64,000 bases of DNA from Antedon mediterranea (lineage: Eukaryota; Animalia; Echinodermata): assembly GCF_964355755.1 (NCBI RefSeq), contig NC_092673.1:33911648-33975647 (forward strand), read 5' to 3'. The position numbers and the translations under genes were made by a program. Below the pieces are notes generated by a model. The model saw only the letters and a list, made by a program, of their open reading frames with translations. It was not told the DNA's origin and ran no database searches. Positions 12,882 to 25,400 of this stretch are shown one piece after another. Position 1 is the first letter of the stretch, and each line of letters starts with the position of its first letter.

Positions 12882-12980
12882 CTTGGCAGTTCTAGTAGAG
12901 TGCCTCCGCACATCAGCTTTTAATTTATTTTTATCTCGCGTGTTGAACGAGTGAGTACGCATTCGTCTTTTAACAAACAT
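12882..12980 (-). CDS. Candidate alternative first coding exon of RGL (MFVKRRMRTHSFNTRDKNKLKADVRRHSTRTAK)
   Basis: 33 open codons from aaaATG to an AAG|GTtggt donor, phase 0, compatible with the downstream RGL exons. Confidence 0.55.
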
Positions 12981-15900
12981 TTTCAATCAAATAATTCTAA
13001 CTACACCACAGAAAAACCAACATAGAGATTTATATCCATTATGAATACTGTATTATTATCATCATAATACACCGACAAGCACAGTGATGAAAAAAACAGA
13101 TGCGAAATTTTCGTATTGGCGCCAAACGAAGATAATGTAAGTGACCTTGATATTGCCCTTTTCTTGAGATATATCCAGGCTCTCCGGCTCAAAACAATAG
13201 CAGTAGCTCAGCTCACAGAAACTGGAGATGTGCGAGATAAGATAAGTTTGACAAAACAAGGCCTTGAAGTGAAAAGTGTATGGCTGTTGGAGTACAGATC
13301 ATTAAATATTAAAAGCAGCCTCGCATCAGAGTAATAAACAACACATCAGGTACCAGCAAAATATTATTTGAATGATATTACTAACAGCGTGTCAGTATAG
13401 CATTATGGATACAGTTTACAATGCGGAGTGAAGATAGATCACACACGCTATAGCAAGTTCAAGGAGGGATGAATGCAAATCAAAATCGAATGAATCCTAG
13501 AATGCCAGAAGATGTATTAACTTCAATAAATCACAGATAAGAATACAGGCTGTCCATTTGCAACATCATCACACACAAAGAACTGTTTATAAAGTACTCC
13601 AGTAATAATCCAATTATGTAGCAGCACACAATGAGAAGGAAGTATTCAATTAGAAATTCACAGATTGCTTGCATGAACGCACACATGCAAATGACCCACA
13701 AAAAAATTCAAATTTAATTAACAATACACAACTAAATGCTGTAAAATGATGAAACAATTTGCTGTAACTGGTAAAATCATAAAGTTAGGTACTAAGCAGA
13801 TGTTGTACCGGAAGGAAATGCAATGGGAAATGATAAAGCCACAGATAGGATCTATCGTCCTATTGAAAGTAAGGATGCTGGTTTAACAGGAAGTGATCAT
13901 TTCAACCACTGGCCATACAGACCATTGGTACTATCCCAGCTTAATAATAAGGAAACAAAACTATCTAGGAAAACGTTAGTATTACCATTGATTTAATGGT
14001 AGATTGTTTTGCATCAAGATGCATGGCTAGAAAAGTTGATTTCATTACAAGTTTGTTCATTCTTAAGATTTTTTTTCTCATTACCGTACATCTTTGGTTA
14101 TTGTAAGTTTTGGCGTTTATACCCCTCTCTTTTTTGGGGTCACTTTGACAGTCAGTTGAGTTGAGTTAAGTTGCAATAAGCGTATTTTTTACATCACTCA
14201 GATCACAGAAATCATTATGTTAAACAAAAAAAAAAAATATTTATGATTGAAATATATTTTATTTGTAGACGGTTGAAACAAATCATTTTTTATAGAATGG
14301 ACTTCTATAAATACGTACTGCAAAATAATGGCAATCAATGGCATACAGTATAAATTACATTACAAATAGCAAGAGGTGTGGCGTAGTATTCCCAAAACAA
14401 TCCCACTGATTTGCCATCCCTCAATTACAGTATACCGTACCACAGAAATCAAATGAAATATCTTTCTCCATGTACACACAATACCATTATTGATGCTAAA
14501 AGAAAAAGATAGTTATTATAGAGGGCAGCATTCTGTTTTAATCAAAGACTGTATGTTAAAGTGAGATTCAAAATAAAAGGAACTCAACCTTTATCACTCA
14601 GAAAACCAATTCTTATCTTTATGGTCCTAAACAAACAAGGGTACACTTTTTAGCATCATTATTATAATTTCAATTCAGACACCCATACTGACTTTAGTCG
14701 TCCTAGATATTGTATTGTAGTGTTAAAAATCTCATCAAAATTAATAAGGTATACTATTTGCAGGGGCGGATCTGGCATTGGAACATGATGTGCCCAGTCT
14801 AAACCCGCCTCTGATTTGACTGAAATTGAAAATCACTCAGTTGTATAATAACTACGTCAGTGTAGGTTGGAATTTTTTCTACTGACGTCACATGAGTCCA
14901 TTGCCCATTGCAATGCAGTATTGTACAGTACTAAAAAACTACACAAACTACAGTATCATATTCATAGTTTATACAATATTAATGTTACATCTGAATATAT
15001 AATAATAATAAATTCTAAAAAATTATAACACTCATGCGTTTTACAACTTTGACAACCGCTAAAATTCCTACACAAATCCCCATTGTTCCCAAAATATTAT
15101 GGAATTGTAAGATTTAATCTAGCAAAAAGGAACAACAATAAAGAATGGATGCCTCACTGGGTTTCCATTGAATAATTTCTGGCAGTTAAAACCTGTGACA
15201 ATCTTGTCATAACTGGTTCATATATTTTGTATGGATAACAGACAAGTATCATAAGTGGTATATAAACTATATAAGAATTGCATAACATAGAAGATCTAGG
15301 AAATTTACAGTAAATATTTATATTATTATAAACATCTATGACACTGAATGACAGTAATAAATATTCACAACCTCCTTTATAAGGCTAACTATATTCACCA
15401 AAACATTTTAAGTATTCATTTGAATTCTCTTATCATTGTCAAGTCATCCTTCTGATTTATTAATAAGAATTGCTATCTTTTCAGATAGTAACATCCTAAA
15501 TAAACATGGTGTTTTACGATCACTTACAATTACATAAAATAATTATTAACAGCACAGGGTTGGAAATTGTTTGAAAGTACTAAGTTGTGATCATCCCTTT
15601 GATATTAAACAATCTCATATCTTTCTAGATAGTATAACAATGTCTTATTAATGATTGTAGAATCGCTTTTCACAAATTAAAAATCTTTTTTTATGCCAAT
15701 GAGTTTGAAAATAAATAATAGTGTTCTTTATTTACATTATAAATAACACCGAATTAAATACAATACTTTGATTACTGAATTGTGATTTTAACTTTATGGT
15801 AATAAAATAACGATCAATTTTATCATATAAATCAATTGATGTGTTTTGTATTATAGGGTATTGAAATCTAGAGTTAAGTTTATCTTGGTAAAATTTAGCA

Positions 15901-16167
15901 TTTAAAAATAAATGATATGTCATTCAATTGTAAATAACAAAAGTGTTATTGTTGTATTCAGGGAGTCAATCGCAGTATTTTAAAATAGTTACAGTATGTG
16001 TCATGCATTTGTAGGGGTCAATTTTTCAGGAAGGGTTTTAGGAGATTACTGTAAATCACCAATTATCACTGTACTGACAGTCTGATATCAATCATGCTAA
16101 AAAAAAACCTTGGTTGAAATCTATCATCATCACCAACCTATTAACGATACCGTTTTGTTTCTATTTA

Positions 16168-16292
16168 AGGCCAATTCACACAGCAAGCAGTAACAGTAAG
16201 CGGTAAGGGTGAAAAACAAAAATTTAGAATCTACAGTATGTTATTTCTTAATGACCATTTACACAACACCACTCGTCTGTGTCAATTGGCCA
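16168..16292. mobile_element. MITE (ggccaattcacacag TIR; Harbinger-like)
   Basis: Terminal inverted repeats; a second copy lies at 31803-31932. Confidence 0.6.
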
Positions 16293-17638
16293 TTAGAAGT
16301 TGAATCTTTAATTTCTGAAAGAATATCTCAAGTCAATCAATGCTAGAAAACCTTAAACCTTCCAAAATACTGGCCTTTAATAAAAAAAAATTAATTTATC
16401 AGTTTTTCCAATTGTTTAAACTACTGTATGCTTGAAATATAGTGAGTTGATGATGTTTCATTTGTGCTGGCTTAGTGTAGTATGTCATTTGATTACATAC
16501 TGTACATTACATACAAGGTGTTTATACTGGTTTCACAGGCACTGTAGGGAAGGCCTATTGTAGTGGGTTACAACGTTTTTGGGCTTACACTTACAGGTTC
16601 GGAAGTTTGCACAGCTCAGCAATTGTTGTAACTATTGGGCTTATGTACTGGTATCTCTGTACAGTACACTAGATCAACTGTAAACATCCAATATAATTAT
16701 CATTGTTTACATTTGGAATAATATTCATAATATAATCCGACAACCTTTGACCTTCTATAACATCCCTGGCTTATGTTCTTATCTATTGATTATAAATTAT
16801 AAGTTTAAATATTGTACTGTACCATATGGTGATAGGTACCTACATGACTGTAAGGAGTATAAAAAGAACATTATTAATAATAATATCAAATTTTTTATCA
16901 GTAAAAACTTGTGAAGATAGTCAGTAATGATGCTCTGACTTGACAGGGTTGTTGTAGTTTTTTGGTGCTTCATGAAAATAAAAGACCAGCATGCCTTGTT
17001 TTGACGTTTGAATGATTGGGTAAACTGTATTGTGTTCTTTCTGTTTTCCCATTTTTAGGCTAAAATTGTGCATAGTTTTGTAACTGGTTTTATTAATATA
17101 TTATTAGGTGTCTGGCATAATATGACGACCACACATTGGACTACCACATATAAGTGTAATGAGTTGAAGCTGAAAAAGAATGGTTTAATTTATTAATATT
17201 AATAATGACAGCCACTTGTCACATGACTCTCAGTTCATTTAATTTTTGAAGTTAAAAAATGTCTGCCAGTCAGCCACTAAAGCCGGCCAGCTGGGACCAA
17301 ATAGAAAGTTAAGTAGTTATTAATAAATTATTCCACATGGCACAGTATTTTATATTATTAAAACCATTTTTTGTTATACAAAACATTTCAATCTCGAAAT
17401 TGAACTAGGCCTACTTCCTCTGCTAGTATTTGTATGTTCTAGGCCTAACCAGCTGCAAGATACGGCCAAGATAAAGGTAACAAACAAATGTCAACAAACA
17501 AACACCACCAACCACCCAGACGATACTTCATCATGTCATGTTGTGTTGGTGGTGGTGGGCACATCCGTACCACTCATCCTGCTGGGAGAAGAGCCGAAGT
17601 TAATAGATATAAACAATTACAAAATGAATGACACTTAC

Positions 17639-17659
17639 ATGTATATCTCGATGATCCAT
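17639..17659 (-). CDS. Candidate distal first coding exon of RGL (MDHRDIH)
   Basis: ATG to a consensus GTAAGT donor, phase 0, just downstream of the promoter-like CRE/E-box/GC-box cluster at about 17800-17840. Confidence 0.45.
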
Positions 17660-17800
17660 GGGATCATGTTATTTATACATTGGTATAATCAATATATAAA
17701 TGTATTTCAAAAAGTCATTTTAATACAGATATTTATCCTTCCATTTTCTTCTTCGCCTCCTCAACAGACAACCACTCATGCACTCAATGTTTTTGTTTAG

Positions 17801-17842
17801 AGTTACGTGACGTCACGTGCTCTAATTGAAATACCGCCCCCA
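17801..17842. promoter_or_regulatory. Putative RGL promoter elements (overlapping CRE TGACGTCA / E-box CACGTG, GC box)
   Basis: gttacgtgacgtcacgtg and accgcccc in a CpG-richer segment upstream of the candidate first exon. Confidence 0.4.
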
Positions 17843-18540
17843 ATTTTGTCTCTGTACTTTAAACTTTTATGTAAAGTCATTAACATTTATTATTATAAAT
17901 AGGCCTAAAAAAACTCAATTCATCGCATTTATCAACATCTGTATTTTGTTGTTTTGTTTTGAATATGTCTTGATTTGATTTTCCATACATTACTGAAGGA
18001 ATCGTGTGTGTCCAAAAAAAGGAGAAATTATTAGGAGTTGTTTTATTTTTAATATTGGAGTTTGTGTTCGGCGTCGATCGTAAGTACAGTACGTTCACGA
18101 TGTCATATAACAGAAAAAAGTCGTTCAGATATATGTAATGCTTTTTGCATGTCATGCGAGGCGATCCACTTTAGAAATAAATCTGTGAGTGTGCTCCGTT
18201 GTTTGGTTCGCACAAATTTATTATTATAAATAGGCCTAAAAAACTCAATTCATCGACGGGGACAAGAAGAAAGTACGCGCATCAACCAATCAAATTTTGG
18301 CAGACGCAACCATGACTATGACGCAACGCAAGAAGCGATATGACCGATGAAAAGTGCCAATTTCGAATGATCCTTACATCACGACGTGACCTAGAAAACC
18401 AAGCTTTTAGCCAATCACGACAACGCGATAGAATATACATCACGCGCCGTCGTGATTGGTCAAAATACGCATTGCGTTAACTTTTTACGTCCTTCCTTGC
18501 GTTGCGTCGTATATTCGGGGAAGATTTAACTACTTCTGAC

Positions 18541-18556
18541 CATGGATAGTTCCATG
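18541..18556. mobile_element. 16-bp CATG...CATG insert with 7-bp TSD (ttctgac)
   Basis: ttctgac|catggatagttccatg|ttctgac. Confidence 0.55.
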
Positions 18557-19149
18557 TTCTGACCTATGGTTTCCTTTGTTGATTTATAATTTGACTTTGG
18601 ATATTTGACTTTGTCACTAGATCGTCGATAATTAGCGAACTAATTTAATGCTGATGATAGATATGAGGGTTGGACGATTAACAATAATTATTTATAAATT
18701 ATAAACTATATTTAAGCCCAAATGTTAGAAATGATAAAACACAATATAACGTCAATAAGCCATGCTCACAAGCATACTATCAGTTAGTTTTAATACGTGT
18801 GAAAATAGCCTGCATACAAAGAATAAAATCCTATCGAAAATAATAGGCCTACTACTACTTACTAAACAGGAACAATTAAATACAGTACAGTACTACCTGT
18901 AATATTAAATAACAATAGTGAATTAATGATCATGACTGTTTGATACTTGACTGTGAAATTGGTCGCAAAAATGACATCTGCCGAATGGAAGGGGAATTTA
19001 AAAAGGTACGGGCCCCATCTCAAACGGCGCACGTAGGCCTAGTAGTAACAATTTCGGCTTTCTAGGCTAGATGAATATTTGTTTGAAATTTAAATAAAGT
19101 ATGTAACTGAATATATAATATGATAGGCGAGAGTAACAATAAACATCAG

Positions 19150-19425
19150 CAGAGGGATTCCCGTTTTGCTTCCCGGGTTTGTGCCAGCTCCTCTCCATGA
19201 TCCCAGGTCAGTAAAAATCCGATCCATGTGTTGACGTCATGATTGAGGGACATTCTACGCGCGTGCTCAAGCCATGCCAGATATTGTGTAAACACAACAA
19301 GGAATATTCCGATCCGTCGCGGTGTGGTGGTGTACGTTGGTGTAAAGCTGAGATAAACATCACGAGTTAGAGATTAGAGTAGGTTATCAAATAAGACACG
19401 GAAACTGGACAATACCGTGTGAGTT
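19150..19425 (+). promoter_or_regulatory. Putative CRAT promoter / 5' UTR
   Basis: CpG-rich stretch with CRE ttgacgtcat (about 19231) and AGGTCA-type half sites, directly upstream of the ATG at 19426. Confidence 0.4.
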
Positions 19426-22400
19426 ATGTTTTCTACGGCAATAGGTCTATCACGGCAAGTGGTAAGTGTAAAGGTTGAATTTACTGACAGTGATTGGTAT
19501 TGCTAGGCTAGCCTGCTTGTTGTGACCTCTATACACACGGCCTAACTAGGATAGAGAGAGGTCATTTGACATTAGGAACAAGGGCATGACATTCCACCAT
19601 TACAACTTGGCTTACGTACCTAGCGAGAGGGCCTAGGCCTAGGGTATAAATAAATGGTGGTAGGAACCTATGTAGGGATTAGGCCAAGTTGAGCCGCCGA
19701 CAAGTTGAGCCGCCGCCAGAAAAACGTTATTTTCTATGGAACGCCAAATGCTAACTTTCGCCGGTGCTCGTTCAATTTATGTTAGGGATAACGATGTACA
19801 TTCAAACGTTTATATATCATGGTTTTTAGTATATACAGTATATTATTAAATATTATAATTAAAGAAATAATTATGAAAATCTGGCTTGTAGATTCCAAAA
19901 TACAGTGATGTTTTTAGCCAAAAATGATGTAAACATGTTGCCCCTCATTCAGTCGGCAGTTGTTTGTATGAACTAGGCTAGGCCTACTCCATTTTTCGGT
20001 AAAATAATTACATAAAATCACGTTTTTTAGTAAAATATTTTGTGTATTAACATTTTAAAATTCAATAAAATATGATATTAAAAGATTAGTAAATAAAAAA
20101 CAATATGTATTTAACCTCATTCGAACAAATGTTAATACTCTAAGTATTAGTAATTAGTCCTGAGAGACAACGTGACTTTACGTGGTAGGCCTCCTACACG
20201 CGAGAAAAATTATGAGTGCACTGAATTCTTTCCTCGAAAGATTAAAAACAATTAAATTATTAAATATTAGTTATTAATTACTACTTTCCTTTGCTTGCTG
20301 TGTTAATTGTAATAGGCCTATATGTAATTATATATTATTTATTTTCATGACACAATAAACCAAGACCATGAACTTGTACTCTGGACAACATCCTAATCAC
20401 TACGCGAAATGTCGTAAAAGACGCATGCACTGGGCGTTTCATAGAAATCACCGGCGGCTCAACTTGTCGGCGGCCCAACCGGTCATATCCCCTATGTAGA
20501 ACCTAGTAATAAAGGTGGATAGCTTCTTCCCACACCAACCAAGTGTTCGCAATATTTTGTTTTGCCCATAACATTTTAATGTTTTTATTGCATGAAAAAT
20601 ATCCATTATTAGGCCTAGTTGATAATAAAATTATATAGGCCTATGGATGCGGTTTGTTTTATTTAGGTGAAGTATACAATGTCGAATACCATGAAGCAAG
20701 CTATTAAACCAACAGCATGCCTAATGCCGTTGAAGGCTAAGACTGGTCGTATGTTCATACATCAAAGACACTTACCTAAGCTACCGGTGCCACCCCTTCA
20801 ACAGACTTTATATAGATACCTGTTATCGGTTAAACCACTGCTTTCAGATTTTGATTTTGATACGACTAAAAAGGTAAGTATGATGTTTGCCATGAACACT
20901 ACACATATCTTTGTTCCTTGCACAATTTCAAATTGCGTAAGAAAATCTTTGCATAATTTAAAATTGCACAGATCGTTCAAATTGCGCATAATAACATACT
21001 GGATTAAAAACAAAAGAGCGTATCAAAGACAGAAGATGTGATTTCCTGTTTAACCTACAGTACTAAGTTATAATAAAAAGATTCAAAGTCCTGGATTGAT
21101 ATCCAAAAATATATAGAATTATAAACCAAATGTTCAGATTGTGACATTTTTTATGTTGTTATAAAGAAAGAAGGCAGCAAAACAACTTGTATTTGCACTA
21201 TTAATTGTGCATTACATACACAAAACATTGTAATAATAACATAATAATATCATATATTCATAACTAAGGCCTTGAACATCTGTTTAGGATATATTTTCTT
21301 CTCTACAACAGAAATTATAATCTGGGATTATAGTAGTATTGAGGCAAGACTAAAATTAATTGAAATTTCACTTTTGTCTGTTAGTAGGATGGTCATGCTT
21401 GGCTGAACATGCTTGGCTGGTCATGCTAATGCTGGTCATGCTTGGCTGAACATGCTTGGCAATAAATTATGACTATTCAATTCTCATTAATAGTATTTTA
21501 TTACATGTTGTTTTATCCTTATACATTCAACAGCTTGTTGATGATTTTGGACGACCAGGTGGTATTGGTGAAAAACTACAGATGGGGTTGATTGAAAGAT
21601 CGAAAAAGTTAGATAACTGGGTAATCAACACTTTAAATTTAATCAAATCCATAGACAAATTGAAAATTTAAAAGCCATGAAAAAAAAACGAATTGTAAAA
21701 TTTAGCATGTATCTTAATGCAGATGTGCAATACATTGGAATAGATTTAAATTGTGACGCTACTTTCATACCAATTGTCAATGTACCAACCTATATCAGAG
21801 CTCACAGTTAAGAAATCAGAATTGGTGCCAATGGGATGTCATAATTTACTCCTAATAACAGAACCAAAACGAATCACTTTTCACATGCACCGATTGACAA
21901 TTTGTACCGATTTTGGAATGAACTTTTTTTTATCAAAGATAGTAAAGCCTTTCCTACTACCATATATGGACATGATGATGTCATGTCACTACTATATTTG
22001 GGCACACCACACTTTTTTTTTTGTCAAACTAGTTTGATAGTGTAGACAGAGCTTAAAAGTGAATGTTTTGTAAACTTTTTGTAGCTTTCACAGTGGTGGC
22101 TAGATCACGCGTATCTCAACTTCCGTGAACCAGTTATTATACATTCTAGTCCTGCGGTAATTTTTCCACAACAAAGTTACACAGATTTAGATGGCCAGCT
22201 TAAGTTTGCTGCCTCGGTGGTTGCGGGCATTCTTGACTTTAAAGTTATGGTGGATAAGTAAGTATATTTTTACAACCTATCAGGTTTGTTGCAACAAAAC
22301 TTACATACATTAAATACACATTGAGAACTAGAGAGAGATACCCACTCCTGTGTTGGGCCATTGACCCATGGTTTCCTCGTGGGCTATTTGCCAAATTGTT

Positions 22401-25400
22401 TATAAATATATACAATGTTTGCTGTATAAATATAATAATAAAATTATAAAGATTACCGATTCAAGAATAAGCCCACTAAAAATATTTCAGCTTATACATG
22501 AAGACTAATATATAGTATGTTGTAAGCTTATACCAGGGAGGTATAAACATAATTATACCTCCTTGCTTAAAATATATTACTTTGATTTTAGCCCACGGTG
22601 GGCTTATTTTCTATTTATTAACAAAACACACCAATTACAGAGGATGGAAACAAACCCATGTCTTGTATTAGTATTTTGTAGTATTGTACCACTTTTGGCT
22701 CTATGATACAAATCCTTGGGACTGTGACCAAGGCTTGAACCTAGGACCCTAGGATTGGTAAGCAGGCATGCTAACCACCACACTAGAGTGTCACTTTATA
22801 TATACTACAGTATATTTCAATCAATAAGCTTAAATAAACCTTGTTATTATAGTCAAAGCCTTCCAGTGGACAAGCTAGGTGGTTCACCACTGTGTATGTA
22901 TCAATACTATAAGATATTGTCATCATGCCGAATACCAGGAAGCAGAAAAGACTCGATTGTTACGCATCCGGCTGATGGTCCTGATCCACCAAAACATATC
23001 GTTGTAGCTCATAATTACAAGGTAATTTACATATATATTTTCTTGTATCAATTTTCATGGAAACAGCAAGCCTTGATGCCGTATCAGTTACAGTAAACCA
23101 GATACCCTTGGTATGATGACCTTTTAAGAGTGTTTACTTTAAGAGTTTCTGGTTTACCATACCATACCATACCATATATGATTATTTCAATAATTATATG
23201 ACTCTTCTGTATTATTTCTATTGTGTTATATAGTACCTCACTAAGTACAGTTGAGCAAAAGTGCACAATACATCATGAAAGGCACTTATATATTTTCAAG
23301 TAACTTATGTCTCCCGTGTATATTTTCAGTTCTTTTCCTTAGAAGTGTACAAGGATGGGTGGACACCATTGACAAGAAGTGAGATCTATCAACAGCTTTG
23401 TGATATAGTCAACAGATCTCAAGAAACCAGTGCTCCAGTTGGAATACTTACCGCTGAGAATAGGAACACATGGGGAAAGATATATAATCAAATGAACAAA
23501 GGTATATGCATTTATTATTTGTATACTAATTTGAAGGTGAAGAAGGCTGTTGAAAAACAACTTTCACTATTCTTCTTCAAACAATCACAAAAAGCTCTAC
23601 ATTTGAATAGTGCTAATAGAGGCTAGGAACTAAAGCTCTGTCTCCACTATAAAAAAGTTTGATGTACCCAAATATGGTAGTAATATTCCCAAATACAGTA
23701 GTGACTTTCATCCGTCGGGCTGGTAAAATGATTGGTCTGGAACTGCCTTCCTTTACCGATGTGCACCTAGAACACCTCCAGAAAGATTTCGAACGCATTG
23801 AGTTGGATGCCTCTCATCCTCTCCACAAAGTGATCATAGACCAACTTAATCCAAGTGGTAGATTGAGGCTCCTCAGTGTGAAAACAAATCGATTTGCTAA
23901 ATCCTTTATTCCTTCCGGCATCATCCAGTACAACAGGAAGTCAAGAAGATAATTTTATATTGTAATTTTTTAGATGTTTTTATATGAATGGTTTTATGCT
24001 ATATTTGTTTTTATTGTGTTTTCTTGTTATTATGACGAGCAATGAATTTCCTTTTTGAGGATCAATAAAAGTTATCTTATCTTATCTTATCTGATATAAT
24101 AATACTAATAATAATAATATTTATTTATTTATGGGCACATCACATTTTTTGTCCCATAAATGCTGATAGTGAAGACAGAGCTTGAAATCAATCAATATAG
24201 GAAGAACCTAATTAGAAGTAGGTCATGGCTGGAGGCTAGATCTAAACCTTGAAAGGATGTGACTTGTGAAAATATATAAAAAATAATAATAATAATAATA
24301 AAAAATGAATTAATTTATTTTCTAATCTGTACAAAAGAGCATTCCATAGTATATAAAGAAACTATATCAGGTTTGAATTCTTATTTTGCCAGAATCAGAC
24401 CCTTACTAGTTGATTTATAATCTTACTTCAAGTATACTGTATGTCTCTCTGCGCTGTGGGCTTAGATGTTACACTTTTCAACAATGTTATTCTCCCCTAG
24501 ATAATTAGCGATTAACTTCTTTTCCTTGATAGATCGTACAAATCGTGCAATATTTAGTGAAATTCAACGTAGTATTTTCGTCTTGTGTTTGGATGAGAAG
24601 ATTTCATCACTACCAAAAGAAGAATTTGACAATGAAGTTGGTCGTCAGCTGTTGCATGGAGGAGGCAGTGAACTTAATAGTGGTAACAGATGGGCTGATA
24701 AGACCCTACAGGTGGGTAGACAAAAAGGGAAAATAATAATAATTTAAGAGCTTAGAAAGTGAAGTACTACTGAAGTAGAGAATGTGCTATTTAATATTTC
24801 AGCCCATTTTGAAGTTAGTTACTCAAGATTTAAATAAGCTTTTGTGACATCACCAACATATAGATTATATGCATGGTTTGTTGGTATTAATAGCTATTTG
24901 CATAGAAAAATGTAGGATGATATAACTTGAAAATAATGGACGTTATCATACAAACATACAATGCATGTAATATATTTGGCAAATGCTTTGCAAGCATTTT
25001 ACCATGTAATAGTCAAAGGTCATTGGCGGAATATGGAGCAGTGGTAAGAAATGAGATTTCCTTAAGTTCTGTCTACACTAACAAACTTTATGTGCCTATA
25101 TATGGACATGATGATGTCATCACTACCATATTTGATCATATCACTACCATATTTTGGCACATCATACTTTTTTATCAAACTAGTTTGATAGTGTAGACAG
25201 ATCTGGAGACAGTATGCTTAACTGCTTAACTCTTGTATTGTATCTATTTTAGTTCATCGTTGGTCCTAATGGAGCGTGTGGTTTGCAATATGAACATGCT
25301 CCAGCTGAAGGTCCCCCAATTGCAACACTCCTTGACCACACCTTAACATATTGGTAAGTCCATACAAATTCTTATTTACAACAATGATTATTATTTACAT

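Noticed and set aside
13062-13334. Independent small genes from ORFs 13062-13259 (-) and 13116-13334 (+)
   Set aside because: No recognisable domain, non-ATG starts and no splice structure; better explained as 5' UTR of the alternative RGL exon.
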